This document shows, one piece after another, positions 24,875 through 39,758 of a DNA stretch of 64,000 nt. Made by a program: the position numbers and the translations under genes. Source of the stretch: Yuukianura sp. NJ FZ-2021 (taxonomy: Eukaryota); NCBI GenBank assembly GCA_046563655.1, contig CM102287.1:4774001-4838000 (forward strand), written 5' to 3'. The first letter of the stretch is position 1, and every line of letters starts with the position of its first letter. The notes beneath the pieces were generated by a model, which was given only the letters and a program-made list of their open reading frames with translations, made no database searches and had not been told where the DNA came from.

Positions 24875-27118
24875 AAAATGCTGCGTCTTTAAGCGTGTAT
24901 GGATAGGCAGAGATTCTGTGTGCAAGTGGGATTTTGTGAGATTTGAGATAGGGGAATATACGGAGCAAAAAGGGCTTCCCCCCTCGTCCTTTGTTGTGCC
25001 GCCGAGAGGAGTGCCGGGAAAAAAATAAAAATTGAGAGTGGCAGGGAAACTTTTGGAGCCGTACGATCCCCTTGCAGCTCCGGACACTTTTCAAAAGACT
25101 CCTCAACTTCACCATGCAAAATCTCTCTCACAAAATTCCAAAATTTAAAAACTTTAAAATTTCATATCTCCTGAACGCAATGTGCTAGAGAGCTAATCTC
25201 TTCGCGAATAAATTCGCAAAAATGTGCAGAATTTTGCAAGGTGAAAGTTTTGCAACTTTTGCAAAAAACTCCAAAACTTTAAAAATTCATATCTCGTGAA
25301 TGGAATGCATCAGAGAGCTAATCTCTTTACGAATAAATTCAGGAAAATGTGCAGAATTTTGCAAAGGAGAGAATAACGCTGGGAGGCAATCTGTTCGTAA
25401 GATATGAATTTGCAAAGTTTTTTTGAATTTTGGAATATTTTGTATGGAGATAGTTTGAATGGATGAAAAAGTTGAGGGATTAATCCATTCAAAAATCCTC
25501 ACTTTTCGACTCAACTTTTTCAGTACCAACTACCAACACACTCATTTTTTGCAGTTTTTAACTTGGAAAAATTTCCACTTTGCAGCGATTTCTATGGCTC
25601 CAGCGCTCGGATCTAGTCATACGACATCGTCCTAAACAATTTGATGCCAAAATTTTAAAAAATAAAAAACAAGAAGTACAGAAAAAAGCACACCATCAAA
25701 ATTTTGACAGCTTGAGGGTGCTTTTTAGAATTTTTTAAAAATTCTACACATTTTTCTGAATTCAGGCGCGTAGATCTTAATTCTCTATCTCTTTCCGTTA
25801 AAAAGTTATGAATTTTTAAAGTTTTTTGAATTTTGAAATTGAGTTTGAATGGACGAAAAAGTTGAGGGATTAGCCCATTCAAAAGTCTTCACTTTCCGAC
25901 TGAACTTTTTCACCCCCTGCAAACACTCATTTTTAGTGGTTTTTCACATCGAAAAATTTCCACTTTGCAGCGACTTCTGTGGCTCCAGCGCTCGGATCTA
26001 GTCATACGACATCGTCATAAACAATTTGATGTCAAAATTTTGAAAAATAAAAAACAAGAAGTTAGGAAAAAAAACACAGCATCAAAATTTTGACAGCTTG
26101 AGGGTGCTTTTTAGAATTTTTTAAAAATTCTACACATTTTTCTGAATTCAGGCGCGTAGAGCTTAATTCTCTATCTCTTTCCGTTAAAAAGTTATGAATT
26201 TTTAAAGTTTTTTGAATTTTGAAATTAAGTTTGAATGGACGAAAAAGTTGAGGGATTAGCCCATTCAAAAGTCATCACTTCTCGACTCAACTTTTTCAGT
26301 CTGAAGGTGGACTGATGTTGTGCTGATGCTGTGCTGATGTTGTACTGATGGAAGAAATGAATAAGAAAAAAGTGGCTCTGCTTCTCAAGCAGAAGCAGTT
26401 TTCCGTTTTTAGAAGTTTCTAAAAATTTCAACTTTGTTGCAATTTCTGTGGCCCTTTCGTCCGGTTCACGTTGCAAGACAACATTTCGCATAATTTGGTG
26501 CAAAAATTTTGCAAAAAACGCACCATCAAAATTTTGATGAAATTTGAAAAAAATGCAAAGACTATAGTCTTTGCATTTTTTCAAAAATCACCCAAAAACT
26601 TTATGTTCCGATTTGACTGTTTTAAAATTTTTAAAAATACTTCATGTCTCTCTGAATTTAGACGCGAAGAGATTAGCTCTATAATGCATTCCATTCACGA
26701 GATATGAATTTTCAAAGTTTTTGGAGTTTTTGCAAAAGTTGCATAATTTGCACGTTGCAAAATTCTGCACATTTTTCTGAACTTATTCGCGAAGAGATTA
26801 GCTCTCAATCGCATTTCCTTTTGAAGATATGAAATTTTAAAGTTTTTAAATTTTGTAATTTTCTGAGAGAGATTTTGCATGGTGAAGTTCAGGAGTCTTC
26901 TGAAAAGTGTCCGGAGCTGCAAGGGGATCATACGGCTCCAAAAGTTTCCCTGACTCTCAATTTTTATTTTCTTCCCGGCACTCCTCTCGGCGGCACAACA
27001 AAGGACGAGGGGGGAAGCCCTTTTTGGTCCGTATATTCCCCTATCTCAAATCTCACAAAATCCCTCTTGCACACAGAATCTCGGCCATATCTAAACACCC
27101 TTAAAAGACGCATTTTCC
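24875..27118. mobile_element. Non-autonomous foldback-type DNA transposon with ~490-bp terminal inverted repeats (possibly Sola3- or Kolobok-like, with TTAA ends)
   Basis: ~24875-25365 is the reverse complement of ~26650-27118; the ORF track shows the mirrored peptides PGTPLGGTTKDEGGSPF on both strands. TTAA at 24889-24892 and 27101-27104. No transposase ORF. Confidence 0.85.
25400..26300. repeat. Tandem ~386-bp repeat (about 2.3 copies) inside the foldback element
   Basis: GTTTGAATGGAYGAAAAAGTTGAGGGATTA recurs at ~25453, ~25843 and ~26229. GGCTCCAGCGCTCGGATCTAGTCATACGACATCG occurs at 25596 and 25981. Confidence 0.9.
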
Positions 27119-27952
27119 ATCACAATTTCTTTGCAGTACTTCCAGCATCTCCGTCTCTCAAACTACAGGAGATAGTGATAGATAAAATGTGTGCATAAAA
27201 TTTACAAACGTTTCAAATCAAACTAAATCATAATCTGCATATAAAAATAATTCCCAAATTCAAAAAACAAACTCCCACTCCCAGCCCAGCTGTCTCAGCA
27301 GTTCGTATGGTTCTTTTTATATAAGTAAGTGTCAGAATTCATCTCTTGTCAGCTGTTTTGTCATTCTTTTTTAAGTTTTATTTATTTCCTTAGCTCAGTG
27401 TCAGTCAGCTTAATTATTTAATTTAACTATTCAGTTCGTTTATTTCAGTGCCCTCGGTTCGTTCACTTCAGTCCTATTCTCCGGGAGGGGATAAGCTGGT
27501 ATTAGTTTGACACGGAACGACGGAAGGGCTGTTTACGAAAAAACGGAGTGTAGGGAGCTACTGCTTCGCTGCTAACAGCGAAAGTGAAAGTCAACCCGTA
27601 GCCTGTTCCTGTTTCTGGACAACGAGATAGCCTTCTTGTGTTCGCTCTTGAAGTGGGGTTGCTGCGTGGAAGCGATCGATAGGAACCTAAGGGAGGATCC
27701 CCTTCTCCATTCCATTCGACTCAGAGTAGAATCAACTCTAAGGGAACTGGACTCTCCCTCCAGAACCTACGTACGTAAGAAAAGAATTCATTCCAGCAGC
27801 TCAGAAACTACTCAACTTGTAATCATTGTCATTGTCACCTTTCAGGACGGCCCCACCTTTGCTGCATCACACCTCTTCTACGGAACAGTTAGTTATTACA
27901 AATCTATCCGATCGACGGAGATCATTTACTCGCTTGTCACTCGTCAGTCGAG

Positions 27953-29470
27953 ATGTTGTCGGGCCTAACATCACAGCTGGGCAACCTGTCTGGCCTCATT
28001 GGTAGCAAGCAATCGAAGGAGTCCGCTGGAAATGGAGGCGACACTTCTAACGGGGCATCAGACACTGTAGCACTGGTTGCAACTGACGACGCTTCTGGAG
28101 GCAGCGGCACTGAACAAACACAACAGACTGGGTATGAACTTGGAATATTCTTAATGTGGAATCATTACTTCATCGTAAGCCACTTACTCTTGAAGTACGT
28201 TGTCTTGTTTTGTGCAGCGTTCTCACTTCGGTTCGAAGTCATATTCCGTCTTGGTTGGGCGGAAGCAAGCTGGTAGGATCCAAAGAGGAAGTAAAGGAGG
28301 AAGTTGTCGTCAATATTCCACCGCCAAGTACAGGTGAAATTTCTCCAGACAAAGAATCAGATGCTTCCAGCGCTACGGGAGGAGCAGATTCAGACAATCA
28401 GGTATTTATTCTATACATTTTATTTATTAATCAGTAGTAATCATACATCAATGAGAGAAGCATGCCTAACGTAACGAAATTTAAAGCAGATAAGCGAAAG
28501 TGAGGCCGCTGAAAAAGGTATCGGGCTGGAAAAAGTAAAGAACTTGGGCAACTTCCTCTTTTCGACAATCAAAGGTGCTGGACAAAAAATTAAAGATACT
28601 GTAAGTCCAGTAATGAATTCCAATTCACAGTCCATTATAATTTTAACTAAGTCTCATCTAATCCACGTTTTACAGAATATTTTGAGTGAATTTCAAAAAG
28701 AGCACGATTCTTTCTTGAGGTCAAAAAGTGGGAAAAGTGAAGCAGTAGCTCCATGGGTTGGCCACTCAAAGGAAGAGGCGCTCAAGGAAGAAATACTTTC
28801 ACTTTCTAGTGTAAGCATTCCAGTCCAGTATCCCTCTTGTTTTAAAAATCCTGTCACACGAGCATTTAAATTAGAAGTTTCTGTTTGATTTTTAGGACCG
28901 TCGGAATTTTGTCCGAAGCCCGCCTTCCGGAGTGAGCTTTACTTGGGATTGGGAGGTACGAGAGGTTCAATTTCACGTTAAACAGCATTTTACGATTATT
29001 AAACAGCATTAACTCAATCTCTTATCCAGGAAATGGCGCCAGTAGCTAAAGCGATTCTCAAAGAAGATCCTAACTTGGAAGCTATGCGATATGAACTCGT
29101 TCCAAAGGTATCAATAAATGTTTAAAAAATAATTATTTTACAAACCTCATTTTCCCTTGGAATTTTCAGACGATAACCGAAGAACACTTTTGGCGAAACT
29201 ACTTTTACCGAGTTTCTCTTCTCAAGGAATCGATGGAAGGTAAATCTTGCGTTAACTTCTGCTCGGATCCTTTAGAATGCTGATATGTTGCTAATAATAG
29301 CCATAACTTCTTTAGATGAACCCAAGAGTCGACCTGGGGCAGCCATTGCAACAGACGATGAACTCGAGAGAGAGCTCAACGAAGAGCTTCGTACCTTTGA
29401 AGTCGTCGGAGGAAATCCCGTGTCTGCAATTGACGAGAAAGAGTTTGATGCCCTGCTCGATCTCAAGTAA
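27953..29470 (+). CDS. SYAP1: Synapse-associated protein SAP47/SYAP1 (BSD domain), ~323 aa
   Basis: Exons 27953-28131, 28218-28401, 28490-28600, 28676-28810, 28896-28955, 29030-29107, 29170-29239 and 29316-29470 join in frame. Motifs APWVG..EEALKEEILSLSSDRRNFVRSPPSGVSF and [27 protein letters not shown]. Confidence 0.93.
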
Positions 29471-31017
29471 AAACCAATTTAGAATTTCTAAATTGTGAAA
29501 CTCTTAAATCCTAAGGTACTGGTACTAAAATTGTGTATAATAATCTCTACACTTCGAACCTTATAATGAGGGTTTGTCAAATTCAATGTCGTTGTAGCTC
29601 TGTGACCCCAGGAAACTCCGTTTCATCTCAACGTTTATGCATCCCCTCGTTAAGTTTTTCTTGATTTCGTTCATCATGTCAAAGGTCAAACTCCCGTTTC
29701 AATAGAGTAGTTAAACTGTAGAAGGCAGGGAGCTCCATCTTGGTGATGGATGGCGGCGGTCGGAATTCTGTGATTCGTCCTATTTCCGTTTTCATTCCCT
29801 GGTCAAAGCATAAAATACAGAAAGGGGGTTATTTGGACTTAAATATTCCTAAGTTAAACATAATTCGCGTTCATTTCGTGACTAATTATTACTAATGTAA
29901 TTATTATTGTTATTATTATTAATACTTATCCGTAGCGTTTAGTAGTTTAAATATTTTTATTGGAAAAGCATTCCAGTGGCTCACGTCGGTCATCAACGTG
30001 GAATAAATCCGTGTCGATTTGTCTACGGTTATCGGCCCATTTCAAAAATCAAAAATTCTACTGGCGTTTTTGCTCTACAATTAAAATTTACCCACTAAAA
30101 AGCAGGAAGTACGCTAGATTTTTAAAAGAGCAGATTGCATCCTCATTTTCAAGTTGAAATTTGGAAAAAAAACGGGTTGAAAAATTCAACCAGTTTTTTT
30201 TTGTCTTTTCAAAGGAAGTAGGGATTGATCGAGGTGCCTTGGACAGAAATAGCCAAGAAACAGGAAGGGAACCTTTCAACCTGTTGACGCAACTTCCTCT
30301 GGGCTAAAGTACCCTGCGGCCAAGGTCAACTCGTTGGATCTGAGTTCCCCCTTGCCAAGGCATGCTATTTTACATCTTCCATTCCAAAACCGTGGTCGTC
30401 GTTCGTCGCCCGCCTGTTCTAAGTTTTTTTCTTAAAGGAGTGGGAAATAAGCATCTACTCAACCAAACAATCGCATCTTCTTTTAGTATTTGGAATTTTG
30501 CAAAGTCAGAGAGGGGATCTGCGCACGATCCCCCATTGCCAAAAAGTCGATATCAACCCATCAAAATAAAAGCACTCCAGGGCCACACAAAAAAGCACAA
30601 CACAAAAGGCTGTGGCTCCACTTCGTGCTTTTTAAGGAGGAAACGTACCACGGAAAGGTGGAACTTATTTTGGACAAAAAAGCGTAGCAAAACGGAGAGC
30701 TTCTTCGCTTCTTCTATCCCAGAAGTAGTACTTTTACAAGGAAAAAAAAACAGAATCATAACATAATTATATCACCAGATACTGCTCTCCATCTTTGTTG
30801 TACAAAAGGTGAACTTGGAATCTTTCTGCTTCCAAATCGATTTCGACAAGAATAATTTTCCAACAACAGAAACTAGAAACGCCCTAAAATCATCTTTTAA
30901 AATTTTCCGAAAAGGCATTCCTGTGATTGTAAAATACAAAAAGATCCAGAAGTTCTAAAGAACTTGGCGTTGAACTTCATCATTCATTAGGAAACTCTAA
31001 AGTGGAATAGCAGAATC

Positions 31018-31990
31018 ATGTCACTCGTCGTCGGAGTTCGGATCATCGGATTCTTGTCCATTGTAAGCAAAATACTCCGTATAATTTCAAATTAGCAACA
31101 CGTTTCACTAGTTGCAACTTGCAAATTGGAAAACGAATACAAACTTGACATTTTTTGGGATTTGTCAAGTTTGAATTTTGAAAAAACAAAAACTGGATAC
31201 TGGATCTTACATTTGACGCTTCTTGGCTCCTTGATAGGTTTTGGCCATAGCCGTGGCGGGCGTAAGCGGATGGCTGCTGAAAGACAGCTACGACCATCGT
31301 CAGTCGACATCAGGGGAACTCAACAGAGCCGTGTCCGCCGCTGGTAAAAGTTTCAGTGACCTCCTCGGCACAACGACGCACAAGATTGACCCTGACAAAA
31401 TCGAGTAATTAATTTCAATTAATCCAATTCCCAAATGTACATAAGCATTTATTTGCACTGCAATTACACTTACTTGACTCTTTTCTCACTTTCTAGTCGA
31501 ATCAAAATTGGTGTCGCTGCTGCATCTCTGGCTGCCGGAATTCTTCAACTTATAACATCATTTTTCCTCTTGTTCTGCACATCCAAGGTGAAATTGAATC
31601 TGCTTGACCCTCAACCTTAAAAGACAAATCAAAATTAAGTTTTATATCAAAATGACATTGAACGGTACTTTACCACAATTTGGAATTGTAGGGCGGACGA
31701 GTGAGTGCTAGGTTGTGGCTCTTCGTGAATCTCTTCGTCATTCTGGCCTGTGCTGGCTCCTTCATCTGCCTCGTGAGTCAGCAGTATTTCCAGGACAAGG
31801 TCAAGAACGATGACCCCAATCACCAGGTCAGCTCAACCTGTAGAATTAATTATATTGTATTAATTACTTATTTTACATAAAATGAAATTACTACTTTCAG
31901 TTGAAAGCATTCTTGGCAGTGACAGGAGCAGACGCCATCTTCTTGTTCATCTTCTCCTTCATCACAGGAGCATTCGGATGTAGATCTTAA
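31018..31990 (+). CDS. Small four-transmembrane protein (~175 aa), LAPTM/DUF4728-like topology
   Basis: Exons 31018-31062, 31238-31404, 31497-31587, 31692-31826 and 31901-31990 join in frame. Four hydrophobic segments: VVGVRIIGFLSIVLAIAVAGVSGWLL; IGVAAASLAAGILQLITSFFLLF; LWLFVNLFVILACAGSFICLV; AFLAVTGADAIFLFIFSFITGAF. The family call is tentative and the N-terminus may extend via the acceptor at 30990. Confidence 0.75.
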
Positions 31991-33753
31991 AAAAGCAAAC
32001 AAAATGCAACGGCCCGACAATGTAATTAACCAAAATCGCTTACACATACCAATTTCTGTCCATGACCTCTGACCTCACCAACCCACCCAAAGGAGCCAAT
32101 TTACCAAACTAAGAGCTGCTTTACGTTAAATAAGCCAAAAGCTGACTGCTATCTTTACAAAAATTACCAAAGGACAAATATGATTCAGGGATATTTTGTG
32201 TCACAAATTCAATAACTAATTTAACTCTATTAATTAAGCAGAGCCTATTTAATATTAAGCACAGCCTAAATCTAAGAATCTCTTCAAATAACATAAGCGT
32301 ACAAATCTTCTAGCTACAAAAAAGCATCAAAGCCAGAGATTGTTCAAAAAAGAAAAGTGAAAGCGATAGAAGAGATAATAGAATCTTAGAAGTTTAGAAA
32401 TTGTAAATATCAAAGCATCAGTGTTACAATTGCCTAAAAGTTAAGATCTTATTAGTTAAAGTTAAACTCGTCTGAAAGTGAAAGTTAGGTTAACTGGCCT
32501 AACCCAATGACCAAAAAGCTATGAACTGCAAATGAAACTCTGTGTACAAGTCTCACATCCTGAAAACCTGACAAATTGTGACTAAACTAAATTTTAGCAC
32601 TTAAATCAATCAACAACAAAAAGTGAATCAATGTTAGAGTTTTAGCATTAGAAAATGTAATGGACACTATAACACTACCGGTAGCTTATTCAATTCAAGT
32701 GGCTTTTGCTTTCCTGCCTAAAATAATGTTATGTAAGTAGGCGAAATCAAGAATCTCTTTTTCAGAAAAATTGTTTGAATGAGTTTTTTTTAAATTGTTT
32801 GGATCTCTTAAAACCTCTTTTTTTGACTTTTGTTATTTACGGATTTCATTAATATGACATGCACTGTAAAAGTGTGACGCTTTAACGTGTATTAAGCAAG
32901 AGAGCAATTTAAAAACGGAAAACAAGTTATTAATCCTAAGTTTCTAAATCGATGACTAATTGGCTTATTTACCATTAATGTGATGATTTTGAAATAAAAA
33001 CGTTTTTTTTTCGATCTGCTAAATTCCCATTCCAGAAAAGTCAATGCGCTCAAGTTGAATTTTTTTGCTCTAAATTTTCAAATTCCTAAATTTCTACTTT
33101 GCAGATTTCAAAAACAAACGATTTGTTTATTATTTCTAAAACAGAGCCTCGTGTCTCCTAAAAATTTTCTTCAACACATCTGCTGCATAACACACTGCAG
33201 TTCAGATTTTTCAGCTTGTGTTGATTATTAGAACCACTCCTAAATAAGTATACTAAAAAGTAATAAATTCAAACTGTTTTAATACCAAACAACGGAAACA
33301 ATACTGCAAAGAACGCAGTTACATGGTGTCTTCCCTTATACAATTTGCACTTGCAAATATATCAAACGTCTAAAAATCATCCAGTCCCACTTAAATTTAA
33401 AACTTCAACAGTTAACAGTCTCCTGCTGGCTACAAACTGAAGGCTCTGGAGGGATTCAGATGTTAACCCAACATTCGCAGAACGCTGGGGCTGAAAAACG
33501 TTTTCTAAAAAAGCAGAGCCCACACTGCTAAACCAACTAACAGCTAACAGCTAACATAAATAAACCTCTTTGTGGCTAATAGCGCCATAACTTAAAAACA
33601 AAATTCCAAATTGAAATCATTCCACAAAGTTTTCTGTAACGAAAAGATTGTTGGCTTGAGGGCGCTGCAGCGATAGAGTAGAGAAACTAAAGCTTGCTGG
33701 AGTCCAGAAGACTGGAAGCGGAAGCAGCAGGAATTACTTGATTTTAAATAACT

Positions 33754-35902
<2,149 letters not shown>

Positions 35903-38046
35903 CCATTTTCAGATAACGTTGGAATAAATATTTGCAAAGGTTTCCAAAATCCGAACTAATCACTGCTGAATTGGGACGGTGCTTGACGGGACAGGATCCT
36001 CGCAGAACTGAAGTGTGGCAAAATGGTGATCCGAAGAGGATGTTAAACCAGGATGGAGTTTGGTAGTCGGTCAGTGTCCACCGTGTGGTTCAATTGTTGA
36101 TAGGTGAGTGGCAGGATGTTGATGATTTCTTTAAGGATGAGAAGTATAGTACTTCTATTCAGTATATTCCCATGAATGGGAGCTCCTTTAGTGCTTTTGC
36201 CTTAAGAAGTAGATTGGGGTCAGACTGACATTGGGATCCCGGATCCTTCTCCTCCTTCCCTCTTCTTCTAATCTCTGCCAAAGAACAAAAACATACACTT
36301 AAGAGAGATACACTCTACTCAATTAACACAATTAATCCCCTCATTCACACTATACTAACTTACTACACCAAATCAAGTCCCAGAAATACAAATATGACGG
36401 AGTAAGTTTGTTGCCACTGCTCATCAACCCCTCCTCTCACATTTAGCAGTTTCCATCTGTATCCGCAGTATTTCCAAGTCCTATGCTAATTATATTTCTG
36501 CTTTACCTGCCTCACGTGATGACGATGATGACGATCTCACTGTGAGATTAAATGCACTTTCAGAAAGTAATTGAGGAATTAAGTGGCTCTTCACACTCTC
36601 TGCACCTTATTCGAGTCCAACCAGAACCAACAGCAGGAGATCCCTGGGCATGGGCTATACTCACATCCTGTTGTCTCCTTCTCTGCCACCCAAAGAGAAA
36701 TGCCCCACCACCGTACCAACTAATTAACACCTCCTTATGTTAGAACAATAAGAAATGCTGGGCAAATACTCTAAATAGTTGCAGTACTTAAGGCTAGCCA
36801 GTGCTAACTCGTACTGGTAGTTATCTGGCAACTGCAACTGGCAATATTTACATTTGTGGATACGATGAAATACTACGTTTACATCCGGAAACTATTCCCA
36901 TCACAAATTGCAATAGAAAAAAAAGTCGCAACTTCTCCAAAAAACACGCCAACATACTACACTGCCTGTCGCAATTCTACCTTTGCGCGTGTTATTTAGA
37001 TAAACACAAATGAAAACAAGAGCAATTTAGAATCGCAATTTCCCAACATCCGGGTTTGCACAATTCATAATTTGGAATATATTCCCTGGAATTGCCGTAA
37101 AGGTACATTCCAATTATTGCAGCATGCAGTACATGAGCATAAAGAATCAATGGTTCTGACATGTTATGGAGAGAAACCTGGAGCACCGCAAAGGTCACAG
37201 GGTAGAACGAGTTAAAAAAAACGGTGTCGTCATTCCCACAGATTTTGCTGGAGTCGAGGACTCTTTCACCTCTAACATTTGTGATTGTGCATGTATTCAT
37301 ACACTCTTGGCTTTACCCAGTAGTTAATTTTTCTGGAAGTTCAGCATAAAAACGAATCTGGTTCTATACTTACAATTGCTTCTGAAAGTCTCACAAACAA
37401 CTCACAATCCACGTCACAAATCCCACTCTCCCACGAATTCTGTCGCAAACAACTGCGAAAAATTCACAGGAATTATTCATCCCGGATTTGAATCAAAATC
37501 ATCATTGTCGTACGTTGAGCAGTGATTCACAAGAATTGTAAATTGCCAATTGTCGCAATTGATGCATACATCAATACCGTTTGGTGATTTTCTCTTCAGC
37601 GTCACCGCATTAAATAGAAACCGAACTTGAAAATCGCTTTCGTCCAGGAAATCGAGGAAAACTACAGCGGTCCATCAAAAGTTGAAATAAACGAAATGGT
37701 ACGATTTGTTGATGGCGTCCAACAATAACAAACGTTGCCTGTTGCAATTTGGCCTAAGTTGACCTTTCTATGTAACAAAGAAAAGCTTTAGGCCCCACCT
37801 TCACCAGGTGGGAACTAGGTCATTCCGAAATGACCCCACGCAATAGCAACACAATTCCCAATTTCACATTTCACATCCCCCATTTTGAGAAATCAATGTT
37901 ACGACATTGTGGAAAACTTCCCATCAACAGCTATGATGGTTCCTTACTAGGCATTAGTAGACGCAGCTTTGTTAAGAAAACGTCAAATTTTCAAAAGCTC
38001 GAACACCAACAAATCAAATTTTCAAAATTTCCTAAGCTGAAGCGAC

Positions 38047-39758
38047 ATGTCGCTTCCGAAGTTTCAGTTTTCCCCAAAAATTCGTCATTTGTTATTTTGG
38101 AATCTCTGCATATTGCTGGAAATGTCGCTGAGTTCTTCCATTTTGGTAACTGTAGATCCTGGCAGACTATCCAAACGAAGTGCCCTTCTTGGTCTAACTT
38201 CTGCCGGACGCCTTAAAATTGGTAAACTGATTTCAATAGTATTTGTTTTTGATAATCCGAAATTTTTCCTACTTTTCGCATTTCAGAGATGCCAGTGGTT
38301 CCACCTTTTGTAAAGATTCTGCGAAAAGAATTCAAAGATTCGACAAAGCCAGGCCAAGATTTCATAATTTTCGAAACTACGACATCCGACTCCGACATTG
38401 ACCAAAATGTCACTACGAGTACAACACAAGCTCCTAAACTTCCAAAGCTAGAATACGGTGACTTGGAACAAGGTTTCGAGTATCCTGCGAACGACGAGTT
38501 CCAGGAATACGTAGAATACTACGTCCTGGAAACCAATAACGACACTTCAACTTCTACCACAATCCCACCAACAGTTTTACCGCAAGATCCACAAGTATTC
38601 ACTCCAAGTTCTGACCAAAACGACACCCAAATTCCCCAACTTCCAGAAACTGACGAAACTACAACTACAGAACCCGCTATCACTTCGGATTTTCAAAATA
38701 CAACCATGGAACCCAATATCGTTTCGGATTTTCAAAATACAACCATGGAACCCACTATCGTTCCGGATTTTCAAAATACAACCATGGAACCCAATATAGT
38801 TTCGGATTTTCAAAACACAACTCCGGAACATACTATTGCTCCGGATTTTCAAAACAGTACAACAGTCCCTACCACTGCTGACACTTCTCAAATTGTTGAC
38901 CCTGAGACTACAGCCAATCTGGATCAAGAAAGCAGTACAGATCCTGCGCCAACTATCGATAGCCATGTTGACGTAGACATTGGAAACGTACCAGAAGAAC
39001 CTGATTCCACTGACGACAACGACTACGAAGCATTTCCAACAGAGAGACTTGAAGAAACTGAGGCCAATGACACAACTTCCACTGAAAATCCACTTCATCC
39101 TCCAGACTTCGATTACGACGCTAAGCAAAATGAAACGACATTGACCTATGACACAGTCATCCCAAAAACAAATGATGAAAGTGAAAATTCAGGTGAAACT
39201 GACCTTGACGGCGAAGAACAAAAAGAAGACGACGAAAATCCAACTTTGAATTCAACATCTACCACAAATATTACGGCAGTCGAGACTGCAACTCCAAGGT
39301 CACCAAAACTCCTGTTTGACCTCACTGACACCATATCGGACAGCACTTCAGAAATACCCACAAACATTGTAGGTTTACAACCTCAATTAGAAACTAAAAT
39401 TAAACAACACTAAAAATAACTTTTTACTTGTAAATCAATTCAATTGTGTCACTTTCAGACAATTCCTATCATTCCAACAACTTCTGACTCTGTCGAAGAA
39501 AACACTGATCCCACGCCCCCTACACCTCCCACCATTATGGTCCCACCTGAGCCACCATCTTCAGGCACCGAAAAAGACTGGGCCCCACCCATTGACCCAC
39601 CAAGCCAAGAAACGTCCCCCATGGGCGGATTCTTCTCCACCATTGTGAACATGGCACGAGGGAAAGCCAAATTGATCAACGCCACTTTCACTCAACTTGC
39701 TTCCGTCCTCCTCGGACTTCCCCAAAACCAGAGAAGAGACACAACACATTTCCAGTAA
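38047..39758 (+). CDS. Uncharacterised, probably secreted, acidic Thr/Pro-rich (mucin-like) protein, ~518 aa
   Basis: Exons 38047-38221, 38287-39368 and 39459-39758 join in frame. Hydrophobic N-terminus LLFWNLCILLEMSLSSSIL followed by KR; many NxT/S sequons. Confidence 0.75.
38670..38862 (+). repeat. Coding 39-nt tandem repeat (13 aa, [SP]DFQNTTMEP[NT]IV), about 5 copies
   Basis: CGGATTTTCAAAAYA recurs every 39 nt from ~38686. Confidence 0.95.

Noticed and set aside
24635..27198. Mirrored ORFs (MSGAARGSYGSKSFP..., MNGLIPQLF...) that look like a small gene family
   Set aside because: They are translations of the transposon's inverted and tandem repeats, with frameshifts between copies and no transposase motifs.
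38670..38862. Regularly spaced repeats resembling a CRISPR array
   Set aside because: Head-to-tail in-frame coding repeats without unique spacers, in a eukaryotic intron-containing gene, with no cas genes.
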